Part shown: positions 28,569 through 41,408 of the stretch, in pieces | Numbering within the stretch: position 1 is the stretch's first letter | Layout: every line of letters starts with the position of its first letter | Origin: Octopus vulgaris | Lineage: Eukaryota | DNA: 64,000 bases | Assembly: GCA_951406725.2 (NCBI GenBank) | Contig: OX597828.1 | Coordinates: 59,582,001-59,646,000, forward strand | Direction of reading: 5' to 3' | Made by a program: the position numbers and the translations under genes | The notes under the pieces: generated by a model | What the model was told of the DNA's origin: nothing | Seen by the model: the letters and a program-made list of their open reading frames with translations, nothing else | The model's database searches: none

Positions 28569-29750
28569 GCAAAAAGAAAAATTTACTTTACCCCACACCG
28601 AACTTTTAGAAATAGCAGCCAAAGAATTTAGCTATTTCTCCTACTATAAGAAGAGTCTCCCAGAACGCTTGCTCTTATCGGATGAAAGCCGTTTCACATA
28701 ATGCATCTGTGCATTTCCGGATTATAGTGATACATGGATGTATGACATGCAGATGAATCTCTCCACCTATAGATAGATAACAAGCGAAAAACAAGGACTG
28801 GATGACAAAAAAAGTCTAACTCGGCAATGAAGGCTAAGTTTCTAGGATGATGTGTGTGATTTTTTTTTAATCAGCCATTCACCAGCACCCGTATTCCTCT
28901 GCGCATTATCGCCATATATTCGTTGCTCCAAGTCTATGCTCATCTGTATGTTTGCTTGATGTTTACATGTGCAACTGTTGGAGTTTTACTTTTATATTTC
29001 ACTACATATTTTTAAGAATTCTAAATAACTGCTTATTGTGAATGTTCATTCTCTCCAATTAGATCAAATCTTTAATATTTCACAAGTACAGTGTATTTTT
29101 GTAAATACATTAACAAACCACAGTCAATTTAATGTTGCCAGATACTTTGCAAATTGCTAATTGTTATGGCGCCTCACATTCTTTGGCTGTTGCTATTGTT
29201 TGTACAATTTCGCAGGTGCTGCAATAGTTGTTCTGAATATTCTCATCTTCACGATTCACTTGCCGTGAATACTTCGTCAAATTATTCAACGTATCTTGCT
29301 ATTGATGTTCAATTAATTCGATTTTGTTTTATCACGTCCTTTGTAAAATGAAGTTTGTGCTATATCTACACAACCCCAATTTTTACTTTCGTAAAACGTT
29401 AATCTCTGTAACTGCATGTATTGTTTAGCTGGAACCTCGGAATATTTGTATTCGGTATTGGAGCATTGATCATCTACATGATGCAGAAGGATTTATATTG
29501 GCATTGTAGTGGCGTTGGCCAATATTTAAATTAAATTCTTTGAACTATCAATTTCTTGGACATTTTGCTCTACCGATTATCTTTGTATCTGGAGGAAAAT
29601 AAACAGCATTTTTTAAAGAATTACATTGCTGATATTGTCTGCATATTTTCTAATAAAACACCTCTGTTAAATTATAAAAAAAAAAAAATCCCCGAGACCC
29701 TTTCAAATCGGAGTATTACGTGTATTCACAATTATTATTGTTGTTATTTA

Positions 29751-30030
29751 GGCGGCGAGCTGGCGGAATCATTTGCACGCCGGGCGATAATGCTTAGCGG
29801 TACTTCACCTGCCGCAACGTTCTGAGTTCAAATTCCGCCGAGGTCAATTTGCCTTTCATCCTTTCGGAGCCGAAAAATAAGTACCAATCAAGTACTGGGG
29901 TCGATGCAATCGAGTATCCCCCTCCCCACTAATTCCAGGCCTTGTTCCTATAGTAGAAAGGATTATTAAGTCGGCGAGCTGATAGAATCGTTTGCACGCT
30001 GGCCGAAATGCTTAGCGGTATTTCGTCTGT
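29751..30030 (+). mobile_element. SINE (ggcggcgagctggcaga.. family) plus partial tandem second head
   Basis: Homology to other copies. More degenerate copies at ~6735-6870(-), 22790-22960, 42545-42710, 48447-48605, 48925-49125 and 53613-53715. Confidence 0.85.
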
Positions 30031-30259
30031 CTGTTACTGAAAATTTATTGTTGGAGTGTGTTCGTAAGTTTCTGTTAATTGTTATACCTCTTGTGGTGCC
30101 TATTGTTGGACTTATTGTTGAAAAGAAATGTAGTATATTTTTCTTTCAAAAGCTACCTGTGGTTTTCCCCTGTGGAGGAAGACATTAATTGCCGGTAAGA
30201 TGCCGAAAAGTTCGTCTTCTTCGTCGGGGGACGAATCATCGATTGAGCGAGAAGCAAAG

Positions 30260-31908
30260 AAAATAGAAAGCAAAATTTTGAAAACGTTTCTGATGTGTCG
30301 GAAAGCGAATTTCCGGCAGTACCAAGAGTTACGAACACCAAAAGAAAGACAGAAGAGAGACCATCCAAAATGAAGGAACGTTTTGCGTCAGTGGCTGGTG
30401 GTGGAACGTGACAGCTGTCAACTGACATCAAAGAATTATTAAAATATAAAGATATGATAACAGAACGAGATTGAATAGTAAAATTGGAAATACCAGAAGA
30501 ATTAACGGAGGAAAAAAAGAAAATTATTATTTTAAAGACTTTCTGCTTAAAAGCTCGTAAAATTGATAAACTAAGTGAGCAAAAAATTGAAAAATGTCTA
30601 AAACCATCTGGCAGGACATTACATATCTAGCCAGAGGCAAGAAGTTTGGAACCATCGTTGTCAGGTTCAAGAATGCAGAAACGGCACAAAAACACCATAA
30701 CATTTTTAGAGTCAGAAAACACAATATAAATCTCAATTTACATGGAAATGAGAACATCAAAAGTGAGAATACCAAGAATTCCGCCCGGTGGAAACCCTAT
30801 GTGCTTGATGGCGGCAGTCCTGACAAACAGGGAAGATAATATTAACCTCCTGCAGGATACCGTCACAGAAAATACCTATTGGACTGGTCAAACGCTTAAC
30901 CTCATACTGCAGGCTGACCAAAACATTTTAGAACAGCTCCCAGAAATCGTGGAAGTAGGGAAGGAAGTTCTAAACATTTTTGTTGAGGGGCGTAAACCCC
31001 GATGTTTCCAGTGTGGCCAACTGGGTCACATTAAAAAATATTGTAAAGAAGGTGCAGAAGAATCAGACGGCGAGGAGGAAGAAAGAGAGAGAGTGAAAGA
31101 GAAGGAAAAATAAACAACAAAAGGAAAATGGAAGGCTCGAATTGGCAAAAGCAGAGCGAGCCGAGACAAAAAAAAATCATCCAAGAGTGACAAGCTGAGG
31201 AAGGTGGGGAGTGGGGGATGACGAACAGAAGTAATAAATCTGACAAAGGTGGGGCATTGGTACATTTACACCAGTCTGAAGCTTTTGATAGGGTTGACCG
31301 TCGATACCTGGCGACTGTGCTTGCGCGGTTCGGCCTGGGCCCTAGCTTCCTCAGGTGGTTTATCGCTTTGTACCACAACGTTGACTCGATAGTTGGGGTG
31401 AACGGTTTCCTTTCGAAGCCGTTCTGCATCAGACGCTCGGTTCGTCAAGGATGTCCGCTCTCACCACTTTTGCATGTGATGGCTCTCGAGCCGCTACTGC
31501 GAAGGTTGAGTGGCATCCCGAGAGAACCAGGTCTAGAGGAGTTTGTTACGGCTTACGCGGATGATATCACCATCAGCGTAACCTCGGCAGCACGCCTACA
31601 TGAAGTGGGTAAGACTATTGAAGCTTACGAGGAGGTGACAGGAGCAAAGATTAACCGGGAAAAGTCGGTCGGCTTGCACCTAGGTTAGCAAGTGGATGCC
31701 TTCAGACAGCGTTGTTGAGCGCTGGACGGAGGGACCGCTTAAGTTGCTGGGAGTTTGGTTTGGACCAGGCCTCCAGAGAGAGAACTGAACGAAGATATTG
31801 CGCACGGTGGCTGCAGTAGTCAAGACCTGGTCTTGGCGGTGGCTATTCCTGAAAGAGAGGGCGGACGTGGCCAATGTGTTTATCGCATCGGTCATTACCT
31901 ACCGCCTG
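30260..31908 (+). mobile_element. L1/Tx1-clade LINE remnant (ORF1 zinc knuckle + RT; endonuclease deleted)
   Basis: ORF1 KPRCFQCGQLGHIKKYC (CX2CX4HX4C); RT motifs AFDRVD, VRQGCPLSPLL, AYADDI, GAKINREKS; stops and frameshifts. Confidence 0.9.
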
Positions 31909-33532
31909 TGAAAAACGACTAAGACACGTCTGTTGTATTGTTAAACCTATTAGGGAGTGAAGCTTACCTCATATTAATTTCTTTTTTATATTATAAAGAT
32001 TTCTCCGATATGAGACACTTTTGATATTAATTTTGTTAAGAAATCTAAATGTGAATACTTCGCCAAGGCAATCAGATACGACTGTAATATATTTTTAGTT
32101 TGTGTAAACTTTATAGACGCATTTACTCTATCTGTGGGCTTCAAAGGAAAGGTACAAATACAAAGTGTACAGATTATAAGAAAATGAAATACTTTACAAA
32201 CTTTATAATTGTACGGCAACTGATTGAATTAGCATTTCCTCTATCTAGATTCGACATAATAAGTAACATGCATATACAATCATTGATCCAATGTACTATA
32301 CGTACTTGCCTAGTTTGACCGCCTGCTTATGTGAGAATTAATTGATCGAAGCTGTAGGTGGTTTGGACTCAGAATGCAGATAGATAAAGCAAAATTGGTC
32401 GGTGGTCTTCCAAATCTACTTCATCGCCGTTTAGCAATGAAAACAATATTGATTTCCATTTTGTTGCCGTGAACAAATGACGTATATAAACTGCCATCAT
32501 TGATCAAATGATGGTGGCGAACAACATCCTGTGTGGTAATAGAATAGAAACAAAACAGCAAGTGAATAAATAAAAAGTTTGACAACATAAAATGCGATAA
32601 AAATATAAATTTGAATGATCTGTGCAAGCGCATAGACAGAGTAAGCCGACTTGGAGTAGCATTGTGTAAGCAATATACCGATACGTTATGTTGTGTGTGA
32701 TATTAATACGTAGTAAATTTATTATTGATAATGAACTATGGAGAAACTCTGGTTTAAAAAAAAAAGATTGCAGTTTTCATGTTTTGTCTCACAATATAGT
32801 TAATAAAATTGAAAATGAAACTCTATGACTTGCTTCTGTTTGCCGAGAAGTGAAAGCATATAAAGAATAAAAGAAATTCTAGTATTGTCAGATAAACGTA
32901 TTATAAATACAATAAAACTGCTTTCTTGTAAGTATTCATTGAATACAAATAAACAAACGTGTAGTTTCTATCGATAACCTTTATTGTTGATATTGATCAG
33001 TTTGAAAAGAACGTGTCATATAAGATTCAGTTTCACATTGGCATTAATTTCAGGTAACCGTTTATTTTTAATCATAGAATACAACACTATTTAATGTTTC
33101 GAAAGGTTTGATATATAATTGCATTTATTCCATTTACATTTTGGTCCGAATTTATGAAGTTAATTTATATCTTACGAAAATTGTATCTAATATTGATGAT
33201 CCTTGCAGTTTTGAGGAATCGCACTAAAATACAGGTACTTTCGCCTTAGCAGGATTTCCTGACACATAACATTTTTTTCTCTTTTATATCCGTACCAACT
33301 TCTGCAACAATTTTTCTCTTCTTTTGAAAGCGAACTTTTAATAGGTTCTTTTTTATTCTGCGATGTTATTGCTGGGAAATCCTTATAAGCAGATTGGTTA
33401 CGGTCTGTACTTTATAGAGCTTCACATGTCGCTGTTCTGATGGGAGAGATTACTTTGGTTAATACTGTATATGACCAGAAGGAGTTGGAGAGAGAAGGTG
33501 AGATTAGAAGGAAAAGGCTAAACGTTTATAAC

Positions 33533-33635
33533 TCCCCTTCCTCCTCCTCTTCCTCTTCTTCCTGTTCCTCCTACTCCTCCTCCTGCTCTTCCTGCTCCTC
33601 CTCCTCCTCCTCCTACTACTACTACTACTACTACA
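33533..33635. repeat. (CCT)n/(CTA)n trinucleotide tract
   Basis: Directly visible. Confidence 0.9.
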
Positions 33636-33650
33636 GTTGCCGCTGCTGCT

Positions 33651-34045
33651 TGTTTGTTTGTTAAGCGAAGCGGTCTTCGTCCCAGAGCTCGCAAGATCGC
33701 GCCTCTGTAGTGGGAGAAGTCCGAAACGTGGTCCTTTGCTATTCGTAAGACCCGCAGAAGAGAAAGCAAGTCAACCCCCGACACCGAGAGCATCGACGGA
33801 TGGATGAATGCGCATCCAGGCTCAGCGGTTGCGTAGGAGGTCAGGGACAAGAAATAGGAAGAAAGGGTGAGAGAAAGTTGGGGCAAAAGAGTACAACAGG
33901 GGTTGCCACCACCCTCTGCTGGAGCCTCGTGGAGCTTTAGGTGTTTTCGCGCAATAAACACACACAACTCCCGGTCTGGGAATCGAAACCGCGATCTTCC
34001 GACCGTGAGTCCGCTGCCCTAACCATTGGGCCATTGCGCCTCCAC
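33651..34045 (-). mobile_element. tRNA-derived SINE, head R with tail A
   Basis: Near full-length homologue of 2744-3131. Confidence 0.9.
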
Positions 34046-34690
34046 TGCTAGTGCTGCTGTTGTCACTGCTTTCGCCGCTGTTGCGCTGCTTCTGTCTTTT
34101 AAATCTCAAGCCAATACTGAACATGTTCTGCGTTTGAGGATAAATTATTTAATTGTCAAACAACAGGTCATATTTTGGTTACACTACTTTTTTAATAAAT
34201 CACATTGATTGCCGTATACCTTGTTTTTCGCTCTATATCAAGTAAATGATAATCTTCATGGTATTATTATCAATCAACTTACTTTGAAACAAAGAAACTG
34301 AAAACAGGTTTCGGCCGATTTATGTATACTTTATCGTTATCTGCAAATATCGAAATTTTAATGGTAGTGAAGTGTAAATATATTTCATAGACCATCATAC
34401 AAATACAATCAAAAATATTTCTGAATATTTATGTAACATTATTTCCCAGGTTTTGCTTTAATTTTAATCCATTTTCCTTTTGTGTTATAGCCATGGGTTT
34501 CTTATATGCATTTAGGTTAAATAGTCAGGGAAGTGTACTGATTTCAGTCCATAGGTGTGCTTCTCACCAACAGAGCTAAAACTCCATTCTGAAAGTATGC
34601 GCTGCACAAAGCTGCTAATGGTGCTATTAAAACAAAATTAAAAAAGCGATAGTTATTCGATGGGCATTTGTAGAAACGCTATTATCCCTG

Positions 34691-34723
<33 letters not shown>

Positions 34724-35383
34724 ATCCATATATATATACATATGTATATATGATATTTCGTTTTTGTATATTACAAGATTCTTCATGTGTACTCATGTGA
34801 TGAATTAGATTTTATTGTTTATGATTGACATTATGACCATCCCGACAACTACCTTCGTAATTTCTGCCGATAACTAATAAAGCTTATGATATGACTAACA
34901 CTTTGTGCAAGTTAGCCTGCAATTCAACTTACATGAGTACATAATAAATCAGTTTAGTATACTTGATATAACAAAGTATCATAGTATTTCTTAAGGACGA
35001 GCTAAGCGTGTATAACGAAATCCATATAATTTTTATTACGAATAAGAATATTCTTTAAGTAGTATATTTATAGGAGGAGAAACATTTTAAACGCAAACTT
35101 CTATTCCTATTATAATCGAAGATAAAACTTTTCCTTTCCAGATCACCAGACTAACAAATGATTATATTCAAGTCAGATTTCATGTTTGCAAGCCTATTCG
35201 TGAGGAATTATTTTCATTAGAATTTTAAAAGTCGGTTAACCCTCGGCTATTTTCTTATTAATAACATATTAAGAAATCACCAAGACGATTAAAATTGCGC
35301 GCAGCACTATTCTTTGTAGTTTTATGGTTTCTCAATAAAATGGATTTCTCGAAATTTGAAAATGTTGCAGATGTTCGATGAAT

Positions 35384-35796
35384 AGGCGCAGGAGTGGCTG
35401 TGTGGTGAGTAGCTTGCTTACCAACCACAGGGTTCTGGGTTCAGTCCCACTGCGTGGCACCTTGGGCAAGTGTCTTTTACTATAGCCTTGCGCCAACCAA
35501 AGCCTTGTGAGTTGATTTGGTAGACGGAAACTGGAAGAAGCCCGTCGTATATATATATGAGTGTATGTGTGTGTATATGTTTGTGTGTCTGTGTTTGTCC
35601 CCCCAACATCGCTTGACAACCGATGCTGTTGTGTTTACGTCCCCGTAACTTAGCGGTTCGGCTAAAGAGCCCGATAGAATAAGTACTAGGCTTACAAAGA
35701 ATAAGTCCTGGGATCGATTTGCTCGACTAAAGGCGGTGCTCCAGCATGGCCGCAGTCAAATGACTGAAACAAGTAAAAGAAAGAAAAGAAAAGAAT
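35384..35796 (+). mobile_element. SINE with internal (TA)/(TG) microsatellite (aggcgcaggagtggct.. family)
   Basis: tRNA-like head, CORE-like ccttgggcaagtgtctt, 3' ccagcatggccgcagtcaaatgactgaaac and (AAAAG) tail. Other copies at 39333-39563, 39964-40370 and a fragment at 56940-56990. Confidence 0.9.
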
Positions 35797-35835
35797 AGTA
35801 AATCATCTAGAAGAATTTGTGTTGAAAAAATGTCC

Positions 35836-36079
35836 AGTTTATTGCCTGAAACTTAGTAAGAAATTCCGCAAGAGAATATTCACCATCTGATCAGTTCCAT
35901 GCCTAATAGAGCCCTTGTATTGAAAAATGCAAAGAGCATGTCTACTAAATATTAAATGTTCACATTATAACAACTAGCAAATAATTTGAATGTATAATTT
36001 AAGATTTAAAGATTATAAGGGTGTCTATTTACTCCTTGCATGTCTATATATATATAGTACTCTCTGTCACTTTATTGAC

Positions 36080-36111
<32 letters not shown>

Positions 36112-36154
36112 ATATATACACACACATACATATATATATGTATACACACTTATA

Positions 36155-36233
<79 letters not shown>

Positions 36234-36276
36234 TTTGTGTAGGTATGTATGTATGTACGTGTGCGAGCTCTGTATG
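35836..36276 (+). repeat. Segment duplicated in inverted orientation at 40547-40981
   Basis: Near-identical reverse complement; the ORF track gives the same MYNLRFKDYKG.. translation on opposite strands. Confidence 0.95.
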
Positions 36277-37065
36277 CAGAAAAAATTCCGATAAAGAAGC
36301 AGCAGATTTGATTGTATATGAACTGATCCAGTGATACTGATGCTGTGTGCAGTGTTATTGATATTCATAACGACGTTATAGATTGTTAAATTGTAGGAAC
36401 GAATTCATATTAATTTATTTGCACTTATTGATCCTATATTTATCATTGTTTCTATGTGATTGATTACAATTTTCCTCTCATCCTTAATCGTCGGGAAAGA
36501 CTTCTGAAACGATTTTGGAAGAGCGTCTGAGATTAGTGCAATTGGAAATTTATTTTAAACTTCTGTACAGCTACTCGTTTATATGAAAACAAAAATAGTG
36601 AGAACATTTCACATAATTGTAGTTTGGGTGAGATAGTGTTTAAAAGTAATTTGCGAGGTTTGACAAAGGAGACACAACCATCAAGAGGGATCACGGATGT
36701 ATCGGAAAAGTTAGGACACATTTTTATGGATATTCTAGATGCAGACAACCAAAAGATGAAGAACAGTTGAAAAAGCTGCAGAAAATAATACTGTGACTAA
36801 TTTTCAAAATTTAGATTTTTAGTGTGAATAACAAAGCAGGCATAGTTAATATTTTTCTATATGCCTCAAGATATTTGTGGGTTTTTTTAAGAACGGAACA
36901 GTTCCAGACATCTTAGTTAAAATCTAATTCACATTATATTAGATTTCTGCAGATTAGCAGGTGAGACACTAGTCAAGAATAAAATATATGTTATCTGAAG
37001 GTAAAGAGAGACGTTAACGTTAAAGTAGACATTGCGTAATGATTATACATACATACACACACGCG

Positions 37066-37112
<47 letters not shown>

Positions 37113-37115
<3 letters not shown>

Positions 37116-37624
37116 TAAATAAATGGAGTTGAACGCAGTTGCTATTCAAATTCTTTTACTTTCGACATATGTTTCGAAGACAACATTGGTTTTATTCCAA
37201 ATGAATAAACGGTGTAAAATGCAATCTTCTCATTAGGAAAGAAAGAGAGCCTATCTCAACAACAAGACATTATAACAATTACGATGACTGCATAAATGAT
37301 AAACAGAACATTATTAAGTATTTTTTAAAAAAAAACGTTAGTAGATTCGACGTCAAAGGTAGATACTAGAAAGAGAAGGTGTATTCCTTTGGAATAAAAA
37401 CAATGTTGTCTTCGAAACATATGTCGAAAGTAAAAGAATTTGAATAGCATCTGCGTTCAACTTCATTTATTTTCTTATTCTACACAAATTACTGCACATT
37501 AACCCGGAGTTTCTACCTTTGAATAGGTCGCTTCATCCTTGTTACTTGCGTCAATTTTGTTACCCTGGTAACTGTTTATTGAATTTTCCATGTTAATGGT
37601 AAACAAAGGATAATTCATTCATCC

Positions 37625-37628
<4 letters not shown>
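37113..37628. mobile_element. PLE inverted pseudo-LTR pair between (TA)n tracts
   Basis: Inverted repeat ~37113-37207 / 37382-37476. HHR at 37159-37241(-): ctttc-CTAATGA-GAAGA..TCTTC-GAAA-CATATG-TC-gaaag; 3' half repeated at 37382-37430(+). Confidence 0.75.
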
Positions 37629-37718
<90 letters not shown>

Positions 37719-37856
37719 CGGAGATGTACTCGCATAGCAAGTAATTTGATCTGAGATCGTGTGCTGAAACGAAAACAATTGCAGCGTGGAAGGTGTTTAT
37801 AAGCCATTTAAGAAACACACAAAAGCCGTTCGATTCACTTCAACATTTAAGTTTAA

Positions 37857-37906
37857 TTTGTCAAAATATTTTCGTCGCTAAAATCCGCGACCTGTTCACT
37901 GACAAA
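37857..37906 (-). ncRNA. Hammerhead-like motif with G3:C8 core
   Basis: tttgtca-GTGAACA-g-GTCGCggattttaGCGAC-GAAA-ATAT-TT-tgacaaa. Confidence 0.65.
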
Positions 37907-38516
37907 GTCCGTGCTGCATCTAAGAAAGTAACAGTTAGTTCGTCATATATATGTACGTATGTATGTGTGTATGTATGCATACATGTGTGTATGTATGTAC
38001 GTATGCATGTACGCACATACGCCTGTGTATGCATGTGTGTATGTATGTATGTATGTATATATGTATGTGTGTGTATATGCATGCACATACACTCTATAAA
38101 ACATAAAGCTATAAACCTGTAGCGATGGATGGATGTAGAGTGACCACTCATCACAAAGCTATCAAGTTTCAACTTCCTACGGCCGAAGCTAGAAAGTGAT
38201 TTCTAGCTTCGGCCGTAGGAAGTTGAAACTTGATAGCTTTGTGATGAGTGGTCACTCTACATCTATCCATCGCTACAGGTTTATAGCTTTATGTTTTATA
38301 GAGTGTATGTGCGTGCATATACACACACATACATATATACATGCATACATACATACATACATACATACATACATACATACATACATACATGCATACACAG
38401 GCGTATGTTCGTACATGCATACGTACATACATACACACATGTATGCATACATACACACATACATACGTACATATATATGACGAAATAACTGTTACTTTCT
38501 TAGATGCAGCACGGAC

Positions 38517-38566
38517 TTTGTCAGTGAACAGGTCGCGGATTTTAGCGACGAAAATATTTTGACAAA
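38517..38566 (+). ncRNA. Hammerhead-like motif with G3:C8 core (mirror copy in palindrome)
   Basis: Identical to 37857-37906 on the opposite strand. Confidence 0.65.
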
Positions 38567-38647
38567 TTAAACTTTTGACAAATTAAAAGTGAATCGAACG
38601 GCTTTTGTGTGTTTCTTAAATGGCTTATAAACACCTTCCACGCTGCA

Positions 38648-38711
<64 letters not shown>

Positions 38712-38712
38712 T

Positions 38713-38960
38713 TAATCAATATAAGGGTAGCAAAAGATTCAATAGAAATTTTTTTCGCCACCAGCAGTCTAGTGAGAAAGAAAAAAATAGTCAAAAGACT
38801 ATATAATATACATTCAACAATATTAAGGAATGGCCTTAATAGGCCATTCAACTCACTAAAACGAGCAGCTAAACTCAAACCGCTAAATAGTAGTAATTCA
38901 GAAATCAAAGGAAAATTAAAAACATTTACCCTAATCATCTTTGGACAATGCATTGTTTCG
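38713..38960 (-). mobile_element. (TA)n-abutting dispersed repeat, probable PLE pseudo-LTR
   Basis: 38713-38825 is reverse-homologous to 28415-28520, which also ends at (TA)n. No intact HHR seen. Confidence 0.4.
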
Positions 38961-39751
38961 ACGTACTTTTTGGTAAACCAGCCTAATTAAATTAGGTTTA
39001 ATCAAGTCAATTTACTTGATTAAATTGACTTGATTAAATTTATGATTACCGATAAAGTGCTTTACCATTAAGCTAAACTGTCCACTGACAAATTAATACG
39101 CAATCTTTGAACTTATAAATCTAGCTTTATAAGACACTGTATGTTAAATTCAAATGCAAGCAGACAAAGTTTGCCTTTTAGAAACGCCGAGATATATTGA
39201 AATATACAGATAAGGAAATAATTTATTGTCAAATACAGAAAAATTTTGAGAGAATAATACATCTCTAAAAATGTATCTCTAAAAAGTAAAGTTTGTTTAC
39301 AGTTATCGTAATTTGAATTCATATATATATATAGGCGCAGAAGTGGCCGTGTGCTAAGTAACTTGCTTACAAACCACGTAGTTCCAGGTTCAGTCCCACT
39401 GCGTGGCACCTGCGCGAGTGTCTTCTACTATAGCCTTGGGCTGACCAAAGCCTTGTGAGTGGAATTGGTTGAAAGAAACTGAAAGAAGCCCTTCGTATAT
39501 ATATATATATATGTGCGTGTGTGCGTGTTTGTGTGTGTCTGTGTTTGTACCTATACCATCGCTGAAGTAGACATTGCGTAATGATCATACATACATATAT
39601 ACATATATGGTAAGGTACAGATGAGGAAATAATGGATTCTCAAACGCAGTAACATGCTGAAAGAACAGGAGGAACAGGATAGAATATATAGAATTCGTCA
39701 GCAGCCAACCATGCCACTGGAACTCACATCCCTATGATTACCGATAATCAT

Positions 39752-40101
39752 GTCAGATTTCATGTTTGCAAGCCTATTCGTGAGGAATTATTTTCATTAG
39801 AATTTTAAAAGTCGGTTAACCCTCGGCTATTTTCTTATTAATAACATGTTAAGAAATCACCAAGACGATTAAAATTGCGCGCAGCACTATCCTTTGTAGT
39901 TTAATGGTTTCTCAATAAAATGAATTTCTCGAAATTAAAAAAATGTTGCAGATGTTCAATGAATAGGCGTAGAAGTGGCTGTGTGGTAAGTAGCTTGCTT
40001 ACCAACCACATGGTTCCAGGTTCAGTCCCACTACTATAGCCTAGGGCTGACCAAAGCCTTGTGGGTGGAAGGGGTGGAAGAAAACTGAAATAAGCCCTTC
40101 G

Positions 40102-40159
<58 letters not shown>

Positions 40160-40370
40160 TGTGTGTGCCTGTGTTTGTTCCCACACCATCGCTTATCAAC
40201 CGATGTTGGTATGTCTACGTCCCCGTAACTTAGTGGTTCGGAAAAAGCGGCCGATATAATAAGTACTAGGCTTAAAAAGAATAACTCTGGCGTCGATTTG
40301 TTCGACTAAAGGCCGTAATTCATCATGGCTGCAGTCAAATGACCAATTTAAATAAAAGAATAAAAGAATA
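39752..40370 (+). repeat. Direct duplication of 35172-35383 followed by a SINE copy
   Basis: ~210 bp of unique flank nearly identical to 35172-35383, then a more diverged SINE. Confidence 0.9.
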
Positions 40371-40584
40371 ATATGCATATATGTGTGTGTGTGTAAGTAT
40401 ATATATATTCATTTATTTATATATATTTGTGAGTATGTGAGCGTGTGTGTGTACGTGTATGTAAATATACATAAAACATACGCAAACAAATAAGTATATA
40501 CATATATGCATACATACTGACCTTCAAAGACACCAACCCACCAATACATACAGAGCTCGCACACGTACATACATACATACCTAC

Positions 40585-40645
<61 letters not shown>

Positions 40646-40741
40646 TATAAGTGTGTATACATATATATATGTATGTGTGTATATATATATAAGAGAGAGA
40701 GAAAAAGAGAGAGAGAGAGAGAGGTCAATAAAGTGACAGAG

Positions 40742-40772
<31 letters not shown>

Positions 40773-41408
40773 GACATGCAAGGAGTAAATAGACACCCTT
40801 ATAATCTTTAAATCTTAAATTATACATTCAAATTATTTGCTAGTTGTTATAATGTGAACATTTAATATTTAGTAGACATGCTCTTTGCATTTTTCAATAC
40901 AAGGGCTCTATTAGGCATGGAACTGATCAGATGGTGAATATTCTCTTGCGGAATTTCTTACTAAGTTTCAGGCAATAAACTCAAAAGATCTGGCTTTGAG
41001 ATGCTTTCTTGTTCTGCTTATGAAATGCCCTGTCCATTTTGCCCCAAAAATGTTCTGTTGAGTTCATATCCTACATACATACACACACGCATACACACAG
41101 ACATATATATTAATATATAATAGATAGTAGATAGTTAAATAGATGGGTGTGTATATGTGTATGTCTATATTAGAAATAACTACGATAAAATGAAAAGTTG
41201 TTCTCTATACAGCTTTCTTGCAACATATCAATTATATCTAAGTGTTAAATAATGAGCCTAGATTCTCACGTTCTAATTGAAAGAGTAGTTTTTCCAAGCA
41301 CAATTTTCATTTAATCATTGTATATCGTACCTTATATGTCTGAGTTAAGTATGGGGTATATCAATAGTGGCGATTACATAGGAATAAAAGTGAGTGTATG
41401 TGTTTTTA

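Larger units (their letters stand above)
37776..38651. repeat. ~875-bp palindrome with 4-nt spacer
   Basis: Arms 37776-38195 and 38200-38651, centre ..gctagaaa-gtga-tttctagc..; few substitutions and microsatellite length differences. Confidence 0.95.
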
